From an uncultured Gemmatimonadales bacterium (GTDB taxonomy: Bacteria; Gemmatimonadota; Gemmatimonadetes; Gemmatimonadales; Gemmatimonadaceae), in assembly GCA_963793305.1 (NCBI GenBank), contig CAWBZV010000003.1:320001-384000 (forward strand): a stretch of 64,000 bases of DNA, in the 5' to 3' direction. A model generated the notes under the pieces. That model did no database searches and was not told where the DNA came from. It saw only the letters and a program-made list of their open reading frames with translations. This document shows positions 40,754 through 49,500 of the stretch, piece after piece; the stretch's first letter is position 1; the number at the start of each line of letters is the position of its first letter. The position numbers and the translations under genes were made by a program.

Positions 40754-42201
40754 CCGACGCCCTTTCGCCGGCCGAATTCGCGGCCGCCGGTCACGAGATG
40801 ATCGATTGGATCGCGCGCTATCTGCGCGAGATCGAGCGGTACCCGGTGCTCTCGCGCGTCACGCCGGGCGAGGTGCGCTCGCATCTCCCGGCGTCGCCGC
40901 CTAGTACGCCCGCGACGTGGTCCGAGATCTTCGCGGACTTCGAGCAGCACGTGTTGCCCGGCGTGACGCACTGGAATCACCCGGGCTTCTTCGCGTACTT
41001 CGCGATCACCGGCTCTGCGCCGGGAATTCTGGCCGAGCTCCTGACCGCGGCGCTCAACGTCAACGCGATGTTGTGGCGGACGGGCCCCGCCGCGACCGAG
41101 CTGGAGCAACTCGCGCTCGACTGGCTGCGCCAGCTCGTCGGGCTGTCACCGGGTTGGTTCGGCATCACGACGGACACGGCGTCGATCTCGTCGATGCTGG
41201 CGCTCGCCGCCGCGCGCGAGCGGCGAGGCGACCTCGAAATACGCTCACGCGGCATCGCTGGACGCGCGGACGTGCCGGTCATGCGTGTCTACTGCTCTGA
41301 ACACGCTCACTCGTCGATCGACAAAGCCGCGATCGCGCTCGGACTCGGTGCCGACAACGTTGTTCACGTTGGCTCGGACGCCGAGTATCGGATGCGGGCC
41401 GACGCGCTATCGGATGTGATCGCCGCGGATCGCGCGCGCGGGATGCTCCCACTCGCCGTGGTCGCGACCGTGGGCACGACCAGCACGACGAGCATCGACC
41501 CTGTCCCCGCAATCGCCGAGGTGTGCCGACGACACGACGTGTGGCTGCACGTCGATGGCGCGTACGGCGGTGTCGCCGCAATGGTGCCCGAGCTCCGCTA
41601 TATCATGGCGGGCGTCGACCAGGCGGACTCCCTGGTGATGAACCCTCACAAGTGGCTGTTCACCCCTGTCGACTGCTCGGCGTTCTACACGCGGCACCCC
41701 GATATCCTCAAGCGCGCGTTCGCGCTGGTCCCCGATTATCTGGTGACGCCGATCGGAGACGAGGCCGTCGACTTCATGAACTATGGCGTGCAACTCGGCC
41801 ACCGGTTCCGCGCGCTCAAGCTGTGGGCGGTGATGCGAGCTTTCGGATCTGACGCCTTGGCGTCAGTGCTGCGCCAGCATTGCGCCTTGGCCACGAGGTT
41901 CGCGGGTTGGGTCGAAGCGGAGCCCCACTGGCAGGTGGTGGCGCCGGTGCCCTTGTCGGTTGTCTGTTTTCGCTACTCCCCGCCAGACCTCTCTCCAGAG
42001 GCTGCGGACGCTCTCAATATGGCGATCTTGGATCGCGTGAACCGCACGGGCCACGCTTATCTCTCGCACACGAAGCTCGGCGGCCGCGTGATTCTCCGCC
42101 TGGCGATCGGAAACGTTCGCACCAACGAGGGTCATGTGGCCCAAGCGTGGCAACTCCTGCAGAATGCGGCCACCAATGAGCCACTTCCCTCGCTCGGCTA
42201 A
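40750..42201 (+). CDS. PLP-dependent aromatic L-amino acid decarboxylase (group II)
   Basis: GTG at 40750; PGVTHWNHP.FFAYF, PAATELE, HVDGAYGG, MNPHKW, RFRALKLW. Confidence 0.92.
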   Translation: MTDALSPAEFAAAGHEMIDWIARYLREIERYPVLSRVTPGEVRSHLPASPPSTPATWSEIFADFEQHVLPGVTHWNHPGFFAYFAITGSAPGILAELLTAALNVNAMLWRTGPAATELEQLALDWLRQLVGLSPGWFGITTDTASISSMLALAAARERRGDLEIRSRGIAGRADVPVMRVYCSEHAHSSIDKAAIALGLGADNVVHVGSDAEYRMRADALSDVIAADRARGMLPLAVVATVGTTSTTSIDPVPAIAEVCRRHDVWLHVDGAYGGVAAMVPELRYIMAGVDQADSLVMNPHKWLFTPVDCSAFYTRHPDILKRAFALVPDYLVTPIGDEAVDFMNYGVQLGHRFRALKLWAVMRAFGSDALASVLRQHCALATRFAGWVEAEPHWQVVAPVPLSVVCFRYSPPDLSPEAADALNMAILDRVNRTGHAYLSHTKLGGRVILRLAIGNVRTNEGHVAQAWQLLQNAATNEPLPSLG

Positions 42202-42923
42202 GTACGACCTCGGTTGGATTCGCGCCAGCGTGAGCGGCGGCGCTAATAGTCTGTGGCTTACGGAGTGGCTCGCCGAAGTCATGAACCTTCGCCCGGGCAT
42301 GCGCGTGCTCGATCTGGGCTGCGGCCGCGCCGCCTCATCGATCTTCTTGCATCGCGAGTTCGCCGTTCAGGTTTGGGCGACCGACCTCTGGTTCAACGTG
42401 AACGAGAACCTCAGGCGAGTTCGGGAGGCCGGCGTCGACGACGCCGTCTTCCCAATTCACGCCGACGCTCGCTCCTTGCCGTTCGCTGTCGACTTTTTTG
42501 ACGCCATTGTCTCGATCGACAGCTTCCCGGTACTACGGGACAGATGATCGCTACCTGAGCTATCTCGCCCGCTATCTAAAGGTCGGCGGCCAGATCGGCA
42601 TGGCTGGCGCTGGCCTGATGCGGGAGGTCCAGTCCCCTCCCTCGCATCTAAGAGACTGGTGGGAGCAGGATTTCTGGTGCCTGCACTCAGCCGCCTGGTG
42701 GCGCAATCACTGGGCAAAAACGGGCATCGTCGACGTTGAAGTGGCCGATAGTATGCCGGACGGTTGGCAGATCTGGCTCAACTGGCACAAGTCGGAGTAC
42801 CCAGACAACGCGGTCGAAATTCGGTCCCTCGAAGCCGACCGGGGGGAATACATGGGCTACGTTCGGTGCTGCGGACACCGACGCCCGGGCATTGACCTAG
42901 CCGATCCGATCGTATCGCAGTAG
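42176..42923 (+). CDS. class I SAM-dependent methyltransferase, +1 frameshift near 42528
   Basis: RVLDLGCGR, ADARSLPF, FDAIVSIDS, continuing YYGTDD..LKVGGQ in the next frame. Confidence 0.85.
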
Positions 42924-43022
42924 CTGGTGTTTCGCTTCGAATACCGGCTGCACATTCGAATCGGACGGTGTCCGGGCATTGATCTAGCCGATCCTATCGT
43001 GTCGCCGTAGTCGTTGTTTCAC
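42885..43022 (+). repeat. imperfect direct repeat of about 50 bp
   Basis: CCGGGCATTGACCTAGCCGATCCGATCGTATCGCAGTAG at 42885 vs CCGGGCATTGATCTAGCCGATCCTATCGTGTCGCCGTAG at 42972. Confidence 0.85.
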
Positions 43023-43030
43023 GTGGGACG
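43015..43030. promoter_or_regulatory. degenerate parS-like site upstream of parA
   Basis: TGTTTCACGTGGGACG, 13/16 match to TGTTTCACGTGAAACA. Confidence 0.45.
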
Positions 43031-43077
43031 CCGGCCGCGCTTATCTTACCGGCCGATTCCGAGGGAGACAAAAAGCC

Positions 43078-43884
43078 GTGGCCCGAGCGATTGCGATCGC
43101 GAACCAAAAAGGCGGTGTCGGCAAGACAACAACCGCGATCAACCTGGCCGCCAGCTTTGCGGTCGCCGAACAGCGCACACTCCTAGTAGATGGCGACCCG
43201 CAGGCCAACGCCACGAGCGGTGTCGGCATAGTCCGCGACCAGCTCCGTCTCACGACCTACGACTCGCTGATCAACGGGACGCCAATCGCCGAAGCGCGCC
43301 TCGAACAAGTGCTCTTCAGACACCTCGACGTGTTGCCTGCCACCCCAGATCTGGCGGGTGCCGAGGTGGAGTTAGTCGAGCGCCCGAACCGCGAGACGGC
43401 GATGCGCGACGCCATCGACGCCGTCCGCGATGACTACGACTTCATCTTCATCGACTGCCCGCCCTCGCTCGGCCTGATCACCGTCAACATGCTGGCGGCC
43501 GCAGACTCGCTCCTCATTCCGCTACAGTGCGAGTACTACGCGCTCGAGGGATTGTCGCAGCTCATGCGCACGGTCGAGCTCGTGCGGCGCGCCGTCAATC
43601 CGAGGCTGACGGTAGATGCCGTCCTTCTGACGATGTACGACACCCGGCTCAATCTCTCCCGCCAGGTGGCGGTCGACGCCCGCGAGTATTTCGGCGACCG
43701 CGTGCTGACCTCGGTTATCCCCCGCAATATTCGGCTGGCGGAAGCGCCAAGTTTTGGTAAGCCGATCATCCAATACGATGTCGGCTCTTTGGGCGCCCAA
43801 TCGTATGTTAGTGCCGCGAAGGAGCTCCTAGGCCGATACTCGGTCAATATCCCACCCACATCAAACAGCGAGGTTTTCACGTGA
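43078..43884 (+). CDS. parA: chromosome partitioning ATPase ParA/Soj
   Basis: [53 protein letters not shown]. Confidence 0.96.
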   Translation: MARAIAIANQKGGVGKTTTAINLAASFAVAEQRTLLVDGDPQANATSGVGIVRDQLRLTTYDSLINGTPIAEARLEQVLFRHLDVLPATPDLAGAEVELVERPNRETAMRDAIDAVRDDYDFIFIDCPPSLGLITVNMLAAADSLLIPLQCEYYALEGLSQLMRTVELVRRAVNPRLTVDAVLLTMYDTRLNLSRQVAVDAREYFGDRVLTSVIPRNIRLAEAPSFGKPIIQYDVGSLGAQSYVSAAKELLGRYSVNIPPTSNSEVFT

Positions 43885-43888
43885 AACA
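43873..43888. promoter_or_regulatory. parS: parS site (2 mismatches) containing the parA stop codon
   Basis: GTTTTCACGTGAAACA. Confidence 0.75.
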
Positions 43889-43931
43889 AGAACTCCTCGG
43901 CCGATACGCGCCACCCACATCGAACAGCGAG

Positions 43932-43947
43932 TGTTTCACGTGAAACA
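43932..43947. promoter_or_regulatory. parS: parS site
   Basis: Perfect palindrome TGTTTCACGTGAAACA. Confidence 0.92.
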
Positions 43948-44124
43948 GGAAGGTCGACGACTACTCGGTCTATGGCCCGAGGCGTTTCTTTGTCGCCAAG
44001 ACGCCGGAACGACCACGCCGACCTCGGAGTCCCCCGCGTGAATCGGCGCAATCATATGTTAGTGCCGCGAAAGAACTCCTCGGCCGATACGCGGTCAATA
44101 TCCCACCTGCGGTCGACCAGCGAG

Positions 44125-44140
44125 TGTTTCACGTGAAACA
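44125..44140. promoter_or_regulatory. parS: parS site
   Basis: Perfect palindrome TGTTTCACGTGAAACA. Confidence 0.92.
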
Positions 44141-44183
44141 AGAACTCCTCGGCCGATACGCGCCACCCACATCGAACAGCGAG

Positions 44184-44199
44184 TGTTTCACGTGAAACA
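44184..44199. promoter_or_regulatory. parS: parS site containing the parB start codon
   Basis: Perfect palindrome TGTTTCACGTGAAACA; GTG at 44192. Confidence 0.92.
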
Positions 44200-45112
44200 G
44201 GAAGGTCGACGACTCGGTCGAGGGCTCGAAGCGCTTCTTGGTCGCCATGACGCGCCAACGACAATGCCGACCGGGGAGTCCCCCCTACGTGAAATAGCGG
44301 TCGCCGACATCCGGCCGAATCCGTTTCAGCCACGAACGGAGTTCAGGCCTGAAGACATCGAGGAACTCAAGGAGAGCCTAGCGCAGAATGGACTGCTGCA
44401 GCCAATCACAGTTAGACCAGCTGGGGCCGGCTTTGAGCTGATTGCTGGCGAGCGGCGACTCCGGGCCGCAGTGGCGCTAGGCTGGCAGCAGATTAGCGCC
44501 ATTATAAGGCCGATCGACGACCGGTCTGCTCTCACACTCGCGCTTGTCGAGAACCTACAACGAGCCGACCTCAACCCTATGGAAGAGGCCGAAGGCTACC
44601 AGCGTCTGGCGGGCGAGTTTCACTTGTCCAGTGAAGACATTGCCCAGGCCGTCGGCAAAGCCCGGACGACCATCGTTAATTCGCTCCGGCTACTCGCGCT
44701 ACCTGACAGGGTGAAGGGCCTGGTGCGGGATGGCTCGATTTCGGCTGGCCATGGTCGAGCGATTCTGGGGCTCACTGGAGAACACCAGCGAACTGACGCA
44801 GCGTTAGTTGCGATTGCAAGGGGTTTTAGCGTTCGCAATATCGAGGAGTATGTGAGGCAAAAGGCCGCGGCGCCAAAGGTCCCGATCGCGACAACGCCGC
44901 GCGACCTCGATGCTCCGCCGGCGAGCGACGCCAGAGGACCTCAGGTTCGCCGAATCGAGGATCAACTGAGAACGTATCTTCAGACCGACGTGCGCGTCGA
45001 TTTGAGCGGACCGGAGAGCGGCAACATCTCCATTCGCTTCTACTCCAGCGAAGATCTCGATCGAGTACTGGAGCGCATCGTGGGACCCGCAGATATCGAC
45101 GAGGCGCGATAA
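44192..45112 (+). CDS. parB: chromosome partitioning protein ParB/Spo0J
   Basis: RRLGRGLEAL, NPFQPR, GLLQPI, IAGERRLRA, ENLQRADLNP, HTH, GHGRA. Confidence 0.96.
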   Translation: MKQEGRRLGRGLEALLGRHDAPTTMPTGESPLREIAVADIRPNPFQPRTEFRPEDIEELKESLAQNGLLQPITVRPAGAGFELIAGERRLRAAVALGWQQISAIIRPIDDRSALTLALVENLQRADLNPMEEAEGYQRLAGEFHLSSEDIAQAVGKARTTIVNSLRLLALPDRVKGLVRDGSISAGHGRAILGLTGEHQRTDAALVAIARGFSVRNIEEYVRQKAAAPKVPIATTPRDLDAPPASDARGPQVRRIEDQLRTYLQTDVRVDLSGPESGNISIRFYSSEDLDRVLERIVGPADIDEAR

Positions 45113-45667
45113 ATGTCCGACCCCTCTCGCGAATTCAACCCGCGAGCACACGGCAATATCTACACGCCGCACGCGGGACAGATGGTCATCCACGTCGCGC
45201 GCGAGAGTGGGCTGCAGAGTCGCACCTTTGTCTTGAGCCCAGGGCAAGTCCGGCTGCTCCGATTCTTCTTCCGGTCGCGAGCGACTCGCATCGGGGCTGT
45301 TATCGCGATCGTCCTTCTCGCGCTCGTGATCACTCAAGCCGCACGCGTGCCGATGCTCAACTATCGCATCGCCCACATGGAGCACGAGGCCGCGCGGCTC
45401 GATACGCTCGAGCGCTCCCTCGCGGAGTTGCAGAAGCGGTACGACCAAGTCCAGCATATGCTCGGGGCTAGCGCCGAGGCGTTCCCCGCCGCGGGCGGCG
45501 ATACCCTGCACCGGGCGCGATCAGCTCGTGCGTCACGAACCAACGTCGATCAGGCGACGGGTTCGCCAACACTCGCGCCAACAGTCGCGCCAACGGGCGA
45601 GACGTTGCAGACAACCGACTCGACGGTCGTATCGCCGCGTTCAAAATCGGCCGATCCGATGGACTGA
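45113..45667 (+). CDS. hypothetical bitopic membrane protein with coiled coil
   Basis: Short beta-rich N-terminus, one TM, heptad coil (RLDTLERSLAELQKRY), Thr/Pro-rich tail. Confidence 0.65.
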   Translation: MSDPSREFNPRAHGNIYTPHAGQMVIHVARESGLQSRTFVLSPGQVRLLRFFFRSRATRIGAVIAIVLLALVITQAARVPMLNYRIAHMEHEAARLDTLERSLAELQKRYDQVQHMLGASAEAFPAAGGDTLHRARSARASRTNVDQATGSPTLAPTVAPTGETLQTTDSTVVSPRSKSADPMD

Positions 45668-45742
45668 CATACGTGCCGGTAGCGATAGATTGTTCGTCAA
45701 ACCGGAGCGATCTCTCGAACCCCCCAGTCAGAGCAACCCGCC

Positions 45743-46195
45743 ATGGCCATGTTCACCAAAGACTCCCCGGATAAGTCAGACACGAAGCAGTCCTCAGCCG
45801 CGCCCAATGAGGCAGCGCTCTCGATCATCGCCTTCGGGATGAAAGTCCATGGTGACATCGACACGAGTGGCGTCCTCAAGGTCGAGGGAACCATAGAGGG
45901 CACAGTTCGCGGCGCGCGCCAAGTGCTCGTCGGTCGACAGGGCGAAGTGAAAGGCGACGTCCACGCGAAAGAAGTCGTGATCGGCGGGAAGGTCGACGGG
46001 ACCGTCCACGCGACCGAGCGCGTCGAGATTCAAGGCACGTCGAGCGTGAATGGCGATATTTACACGAAGTCGATCGTCGTGCTCGAAGGCGGGAAGATCA
46101 ACGGGACCGTCCGCATGGACGAAGCGACGAAGTCGAATCCGATTCGCACGGACACGAAACCCCTCCCAGTCTCTCCGGTCGCCGTAGTTCGATGA
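45743..46195 (+). CDS. bactofilin (polymer-forming cytoskeletal protein)
   Basis: SIIAFGMKVHGDI...VEGTIEGTV...GEVKGDV...GKVDGTV...VNGDI...GKING beta-helix repeats. Confidence 0.92.
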   Translation: MAMFTKDSPDKSDTKQSSAAPNEAALSIIAFGMKVHGDIDTSGVLKVEGTIEGTVRGARQVLVGRQGEVKGDVHAKEVVIGGKVDGTVHATERVEIQGTSSVNGDIYTKSIVVLEGGKINGTVRMDEATKSNPIRTDTKPLPVSPVAVVR

Positions 46196-47229
46196 CGGTG
46201 GCGCGGCCGCGCTCAGTCCAAGCGAGGGCCGCGCTGGCTGGTGTCGCCATCGCTGGCGCCGTCCTGGCGCTCGCGTGCGGCGAGGCGCCGGAGGCGCATT
46301 CGCACAGGCTCGCGTCCGACCGAGCCGCCGACACGAAAGCGGGGCCGTTCAAAGTCGCGCTGCTCACGCCCGGGCCGATATCCGACCAGGCATGGAACGC
46401 CGGCGCGTACAACGGCCTGCTCAGAATTCGGGATAGCCTGGGCGCCGAGATCAGCAACGTCCAAACGAAGACGCCAGCAGAATTCGAGGAAAATTTCCGA
46501 CAGTACGCGACGCAGGGCTACAGCCTCGTCATCGGCCACGGATTCGAGTTCCAAGATGCGGCCGAGCGAGTCTCCCCAGACTTTCCGGCGACGGTGTTCA
46601 TCGTCACGTCCGGCGACCGCAACGGGGCGAACTTCACGGGGATCAACTTCGCGTTCCAAGATGGCGCGTACCTGGCCGGCATAGCGGCTGGCGCCGTCAC
46701 GCGCAGCAACACGATCGGGGTCATTGGCGGGACCGAGCTCCCGCCGGTTAAGACCAGCTTCGACGCCTTCGCCAAAGGCGCGCAAGCGATCAACCCGAAC
46801 GTGAAAGTTCTTACGTCATACATTGGGAATTGGGAAGACGTGAGCGCGGGCCGCGAGCAAGCCCTGGCACAGATCAGCCAAGGCGCCGACGTCATTTTCC
46901 AAAATGCGGACGCAGCAGGACTCGGCGTTTTTCAGGCCGTGAAAGAGTCAAAGGACGTGTATATCATCGGGGCCAACTCCGACCAGAACGCACTCGCGCC
47001 GAACGTCACGCTGGGCAGCGTCGTCATCGACCTTCCCCACGCATTGCTCATGATCGCGAGAGAAGTGAAAAATGGGCTGTTCATCTCGCGCCCGATCACC
47101 TACGGCGCCAAGGACGATGTCGTGAGGCTGATACTCAATCCGCAGCTCACGTCGCGGATCCCCGATCGCGCGATCGTGGCGATCGACTCCGTGCAGAAGC
47201 TGCTCGTGTCGGGGCGCTCTGTCGAATAG
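46192..47229 (+). CDS. BMP family ABC substrate-binding lipoprotein (nucleoside type)
   Basis: ALAC lipobox; DQAWN, GHGFEF, GAYLAG, GADVIFQ, IGANSDQ. Confidence 0.9.
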   Translation: MTVARPRSVQARAALAGVAIAGAVLALACGEAPEAHSHRLASDRAADTKAGPFKVALLTPGPISDQAWNAGAYNGLLRIRDSLGAEISNVQTKTPAEFEENFRQYATQGYSLVIGHGFEFQDAAERVSPDFPATVFIVTSGDRNGANFTGINFAFQDGAYLAGIAAGAVTRSNTIGVIGGTELPPVKTSFDAFAKGAQAINPNVKVLTSYIGNWEDVSAGREQALAQISQGADVIFQNADAAGLGVFQAVKESKDVYIIGANSDQNALAPNVTLGSVVIDLPHALLMIAREVKNGLFISRPITYGAKDDVVRLILNPQLTSRIPDRAIVAIDSVQKLLVSGRSVE

Positions 47230-47230
47230 C

Positions 47231-48001
47231 GTCAACTCCAGTACGATCGCCGAGCATCTCGATGGGATCCTCGGCACGGCGAGCGTACCAGATTATCCGG
47301 CGGCCCTGAACGGACTCCAGGTCGCGAACCGCGGGCCAGTACGAAAAATCGCGACCGCCGTCGATGCATCCCTCCGCACGATCTTAGGCGCGATCGCCGC
47401 GGACGCGAATTTGCTCATTGTCCATCATGGCCTCTTCTGGGGTGGCGCTCAGCGACTCGTCGGCCATCGATACGAGCGCCTGCGACTTTTACTCGAACGC
47501 GACGTCGCGGTCTACGCATCCCACCTGCCGCTCGACCGACATCCGACACTCGGTAACAACGCCCTGCTCGCCCGCGCGTTGGGACTCGAACCCACGGGCG
47601 AATTCGCGCGGTATGAGTCGATCGCGATCGGCGTCCGTGGCGAAGACACGCGGCCGACCGCGCAAATCGTGGACGCCGCGCGCACGTTCGCACGCCAGCA
47701 CGGCGGCGATGTCCACACCAGCGCCCTCCCGCGCGGGCGCGTCACCCGGCGCTGGGGCATCTGCAGCGGAGCCGGCGCATCGGCTGAAACCCTGAGTGAG
47801 GCGACCGCGCTCGGCATTGACACGCTTATCGTTGGCGAAGGACCGCACTGGACGGCGGTCGAGGCACCCGAGCTGGAGCTCGTCATCATCTACGCCGGTC
47901 ACTACGCGACCGAGACGCTCGGCGTCCGTGCGCTCGGTGAGCACGTCTCGCAGACGTTCGGTATCCCCTGGACGTTTGTCGACGATCCGACGGGCACGTG
48001 A
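47231..48001 (+). CDS. Nif3-like dinuclear metal center protein (start codon not resolved)
   Basis: Frame is open upstream of the called ORF (PDYPAALNGLQV); HHGLFW, SHLPLD.H, GNN, GHYATE. Confidence 0.88.
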   Translation, partial: VNSSTIAEHLDGILGTASVPDYPAALNGLQVANRGPVRKIATAVDASLRTILGAIAADANLLIVHHGLFWGGAQRLVGHRYERLRLLLERDVAVYASHLPLDRHPTLGNNALLARALGLEPTGEFARYESIAIGVRGEDTRPTAQIVDAARTFARQHGGDVHTSALPRGRVTRRWGICSGAGASAETLSEATALGIDTLIVGEGPHWTAVEAPELELVIIYAGHYATETLGVRALGEHVSQTFGIPWTFVDDPTGT

Positions 48002-49491
48002 GCGAGCTACAGCTCCGCGACATCTCGAAACGGTTCGGCTCGTTAGGCTCAATAGTCGCGCTCGATCACGCCCAACTCAACGTCGACCGCGGGACCGTGC
48101 ACGCCCTCCTCGGCGAGAACGGCGCCGGGAAGACAACGCTCATGCGCATCGCGTACGGGATGATCCGGCCGGACAGCGGCACGATCCTGGTCGATGGCGT
48201 CGAGCAGAAATTTGGGTCGCCTTCTAACGCGCTGGCGGTAGGAATTGGGATGGTCCAGCAGCACTACGCGCTCGTAGACCGCATGACAGTGGCCGAGAAT
48301 GTCGCCCTTGTCGGGACAGCGGCGCGCGACTGGCGCTATAGCGCCGACCGGGCCGCCCGTACTGTGCGGCAACTCAGCCAGGAAGTCGGCCTCGAGATCG
48401 ACCCGGCCGCCCGCGTCAGTGATCTCTCAATAGCTGGCCAGCAGCGCGTCGAGATCTTCAAAGCCCTCGCCCGCTCCGCCCGCATTCTCATTCTCGACGA
48501 GCCGACCGCGGTACTCGCGCCGGCGGAAGCCGCGCAACTCCTTGCCTGGCTCCGGCGAGTAGCGGACGCCGGCCGCACCGTTGTCCTCATCACGCACAAG
48601 CTCCGCGACGCTCTCGGAGTCGCCGATAACGTGACAGTGTTACGCCACGGTCGCACCGTCGCGACGATGCCGGCGCGCTCGGCGACCGAAGAATCACTCG
48701 CCGTGGCCATGCTCGGCTCCGCCCCATCGGCTCCATCGACTCCAACAGTCGCCACAAAACAACCGCGCTCCACGCCGGGCGCACCAGTCATTCGCGCGGA
48801 CGGAGTCGATATCGTCGACACGAGAGGAGTCCTTCGCGTGCACAACGCCACATTCGCCGTCCACGCCGGCGAGATCGTCGGCCTCGCGGCCGTCGAAGGC
48901 GAAGGACAGGTCCCCCTGCTCCAGGCCATCGCCGGGCGACGACGTGCGACGGCTGGGAAACTCGAGGCGCCCACCGACATCGGGTTCGTGCCCGAAGACC
49001 GGCTGCGCGATGCGCTCATCGAAGACTTTCCGCTGTACGAGAACGTCTACCTCCGCGGCGCGGGCCGCGCGCGCGGGCGCGTACAGTGGGCGGCGCAACG
49101 GCAGGCGACCGCGACGCTCCTCGAGCGATTCGACATCCGCGCCGCCGGGCCAAACGTGAGCGCGCGCACGCTGTCGGGCGGCAATCAGCAACGCCTGGTC
49201 TTAGGTCGAGAGCTAGGTCGAGAGCTCGGCGGCGCCGCGGGTGCCGCTGCTTCTTCTATAATCGCGCTCAACCCCACGCGCGGACTCGACATCCAAGCCA
49301 CGGCCGCCATTCACGACCGCCTCCTCGCCGCACGGGACGCCGGCGCGGCGATCGTGCTCTATTCGAGTGACCTCGACGAAGTGCTGGAGCTGGCCGATCG
49401 GGTGCTGGTGCTTGCCCATCGAACCGTCCAAGAGATCCCGCCGCCATTCGATCGCGATCTGGTGGGCCGGGCGATGCTCGGATTGCGCTAA
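47998..49491 (+). CDS. ABC transporter ATP-binding protein with two NBDs (nucleoside/sugar type)
   Basis: LLGENGAGKTT, QQRVEI, LDEPTAVL, ITHKL, LSGGNQQ, PTRGLD. Confidence 0.92.
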   Translation: MSELQLRDISKRFGSLGSIVALDHAQLNVDRGTVHALLGENGAGKTTLMRIAYGMIRPDSGTILVDGVEQKFGSPSNALAVGIGMVQQHYALVDRMTVAENVALVGTAARDWRYSADRAARTVRQLSQEVGLEIDPAARVSDLSIAGQQRVEIFKALARSARILILDEPTAVLAPAEAAQLLAWLRRVADAGRTVVLITHKLRDALGVADNVTVLRHGRTVATMPARSATEESLAVAMLGSAPSAPSTPTVATKQPRSTPGAPVIRADGVDIVDTRGVLRVHNATFAVHAGEIVGLAAVEGEGQVPLLQAIAGRRRATAGKLEAPTDIGFVPEDRLRDALIEDFPLYENVYLRGAGRARGRVQWAAQRQATATLLERFDIRAAGPNVSARTLSGGNQQRLVLGRELGRELGGAAGAAASSIIALNPTRGLDIQATAAIHDRLLAARDAGAAIVLYSSDLDEVLELADRVLVLAHRTVQEIPPPFDRDLVGRAMLGLR

Positions 49492-49500
49492 ATTGGGGAC

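Larger units (their letters stand above)
43792..44297 (+). repeat. diverged tandem duplication (period about 252 bp) of the parA 3' end/parB 5' end, each copy with an internal repeat of about 59 bp
   Basis: TATGTTAGTGCCGCGAA at 43804 and 44055; about 85 bp identical around 43875-43962 vs 44127-44214. Confidence 0.92.

Noticed and set aside
42900..44300. oriC near parAB
   Set aside because: No cluster of DnaA boxes (TTATCCACA) or AT-rich unwinding element seen, and no dnaA in the window
47219..47411. Non-canonical start codon for the Nif3 gene
   Set aside because: Given the indel rate, local base errors near 47226-47242 are as likely; it cannot be resolved from this sequence
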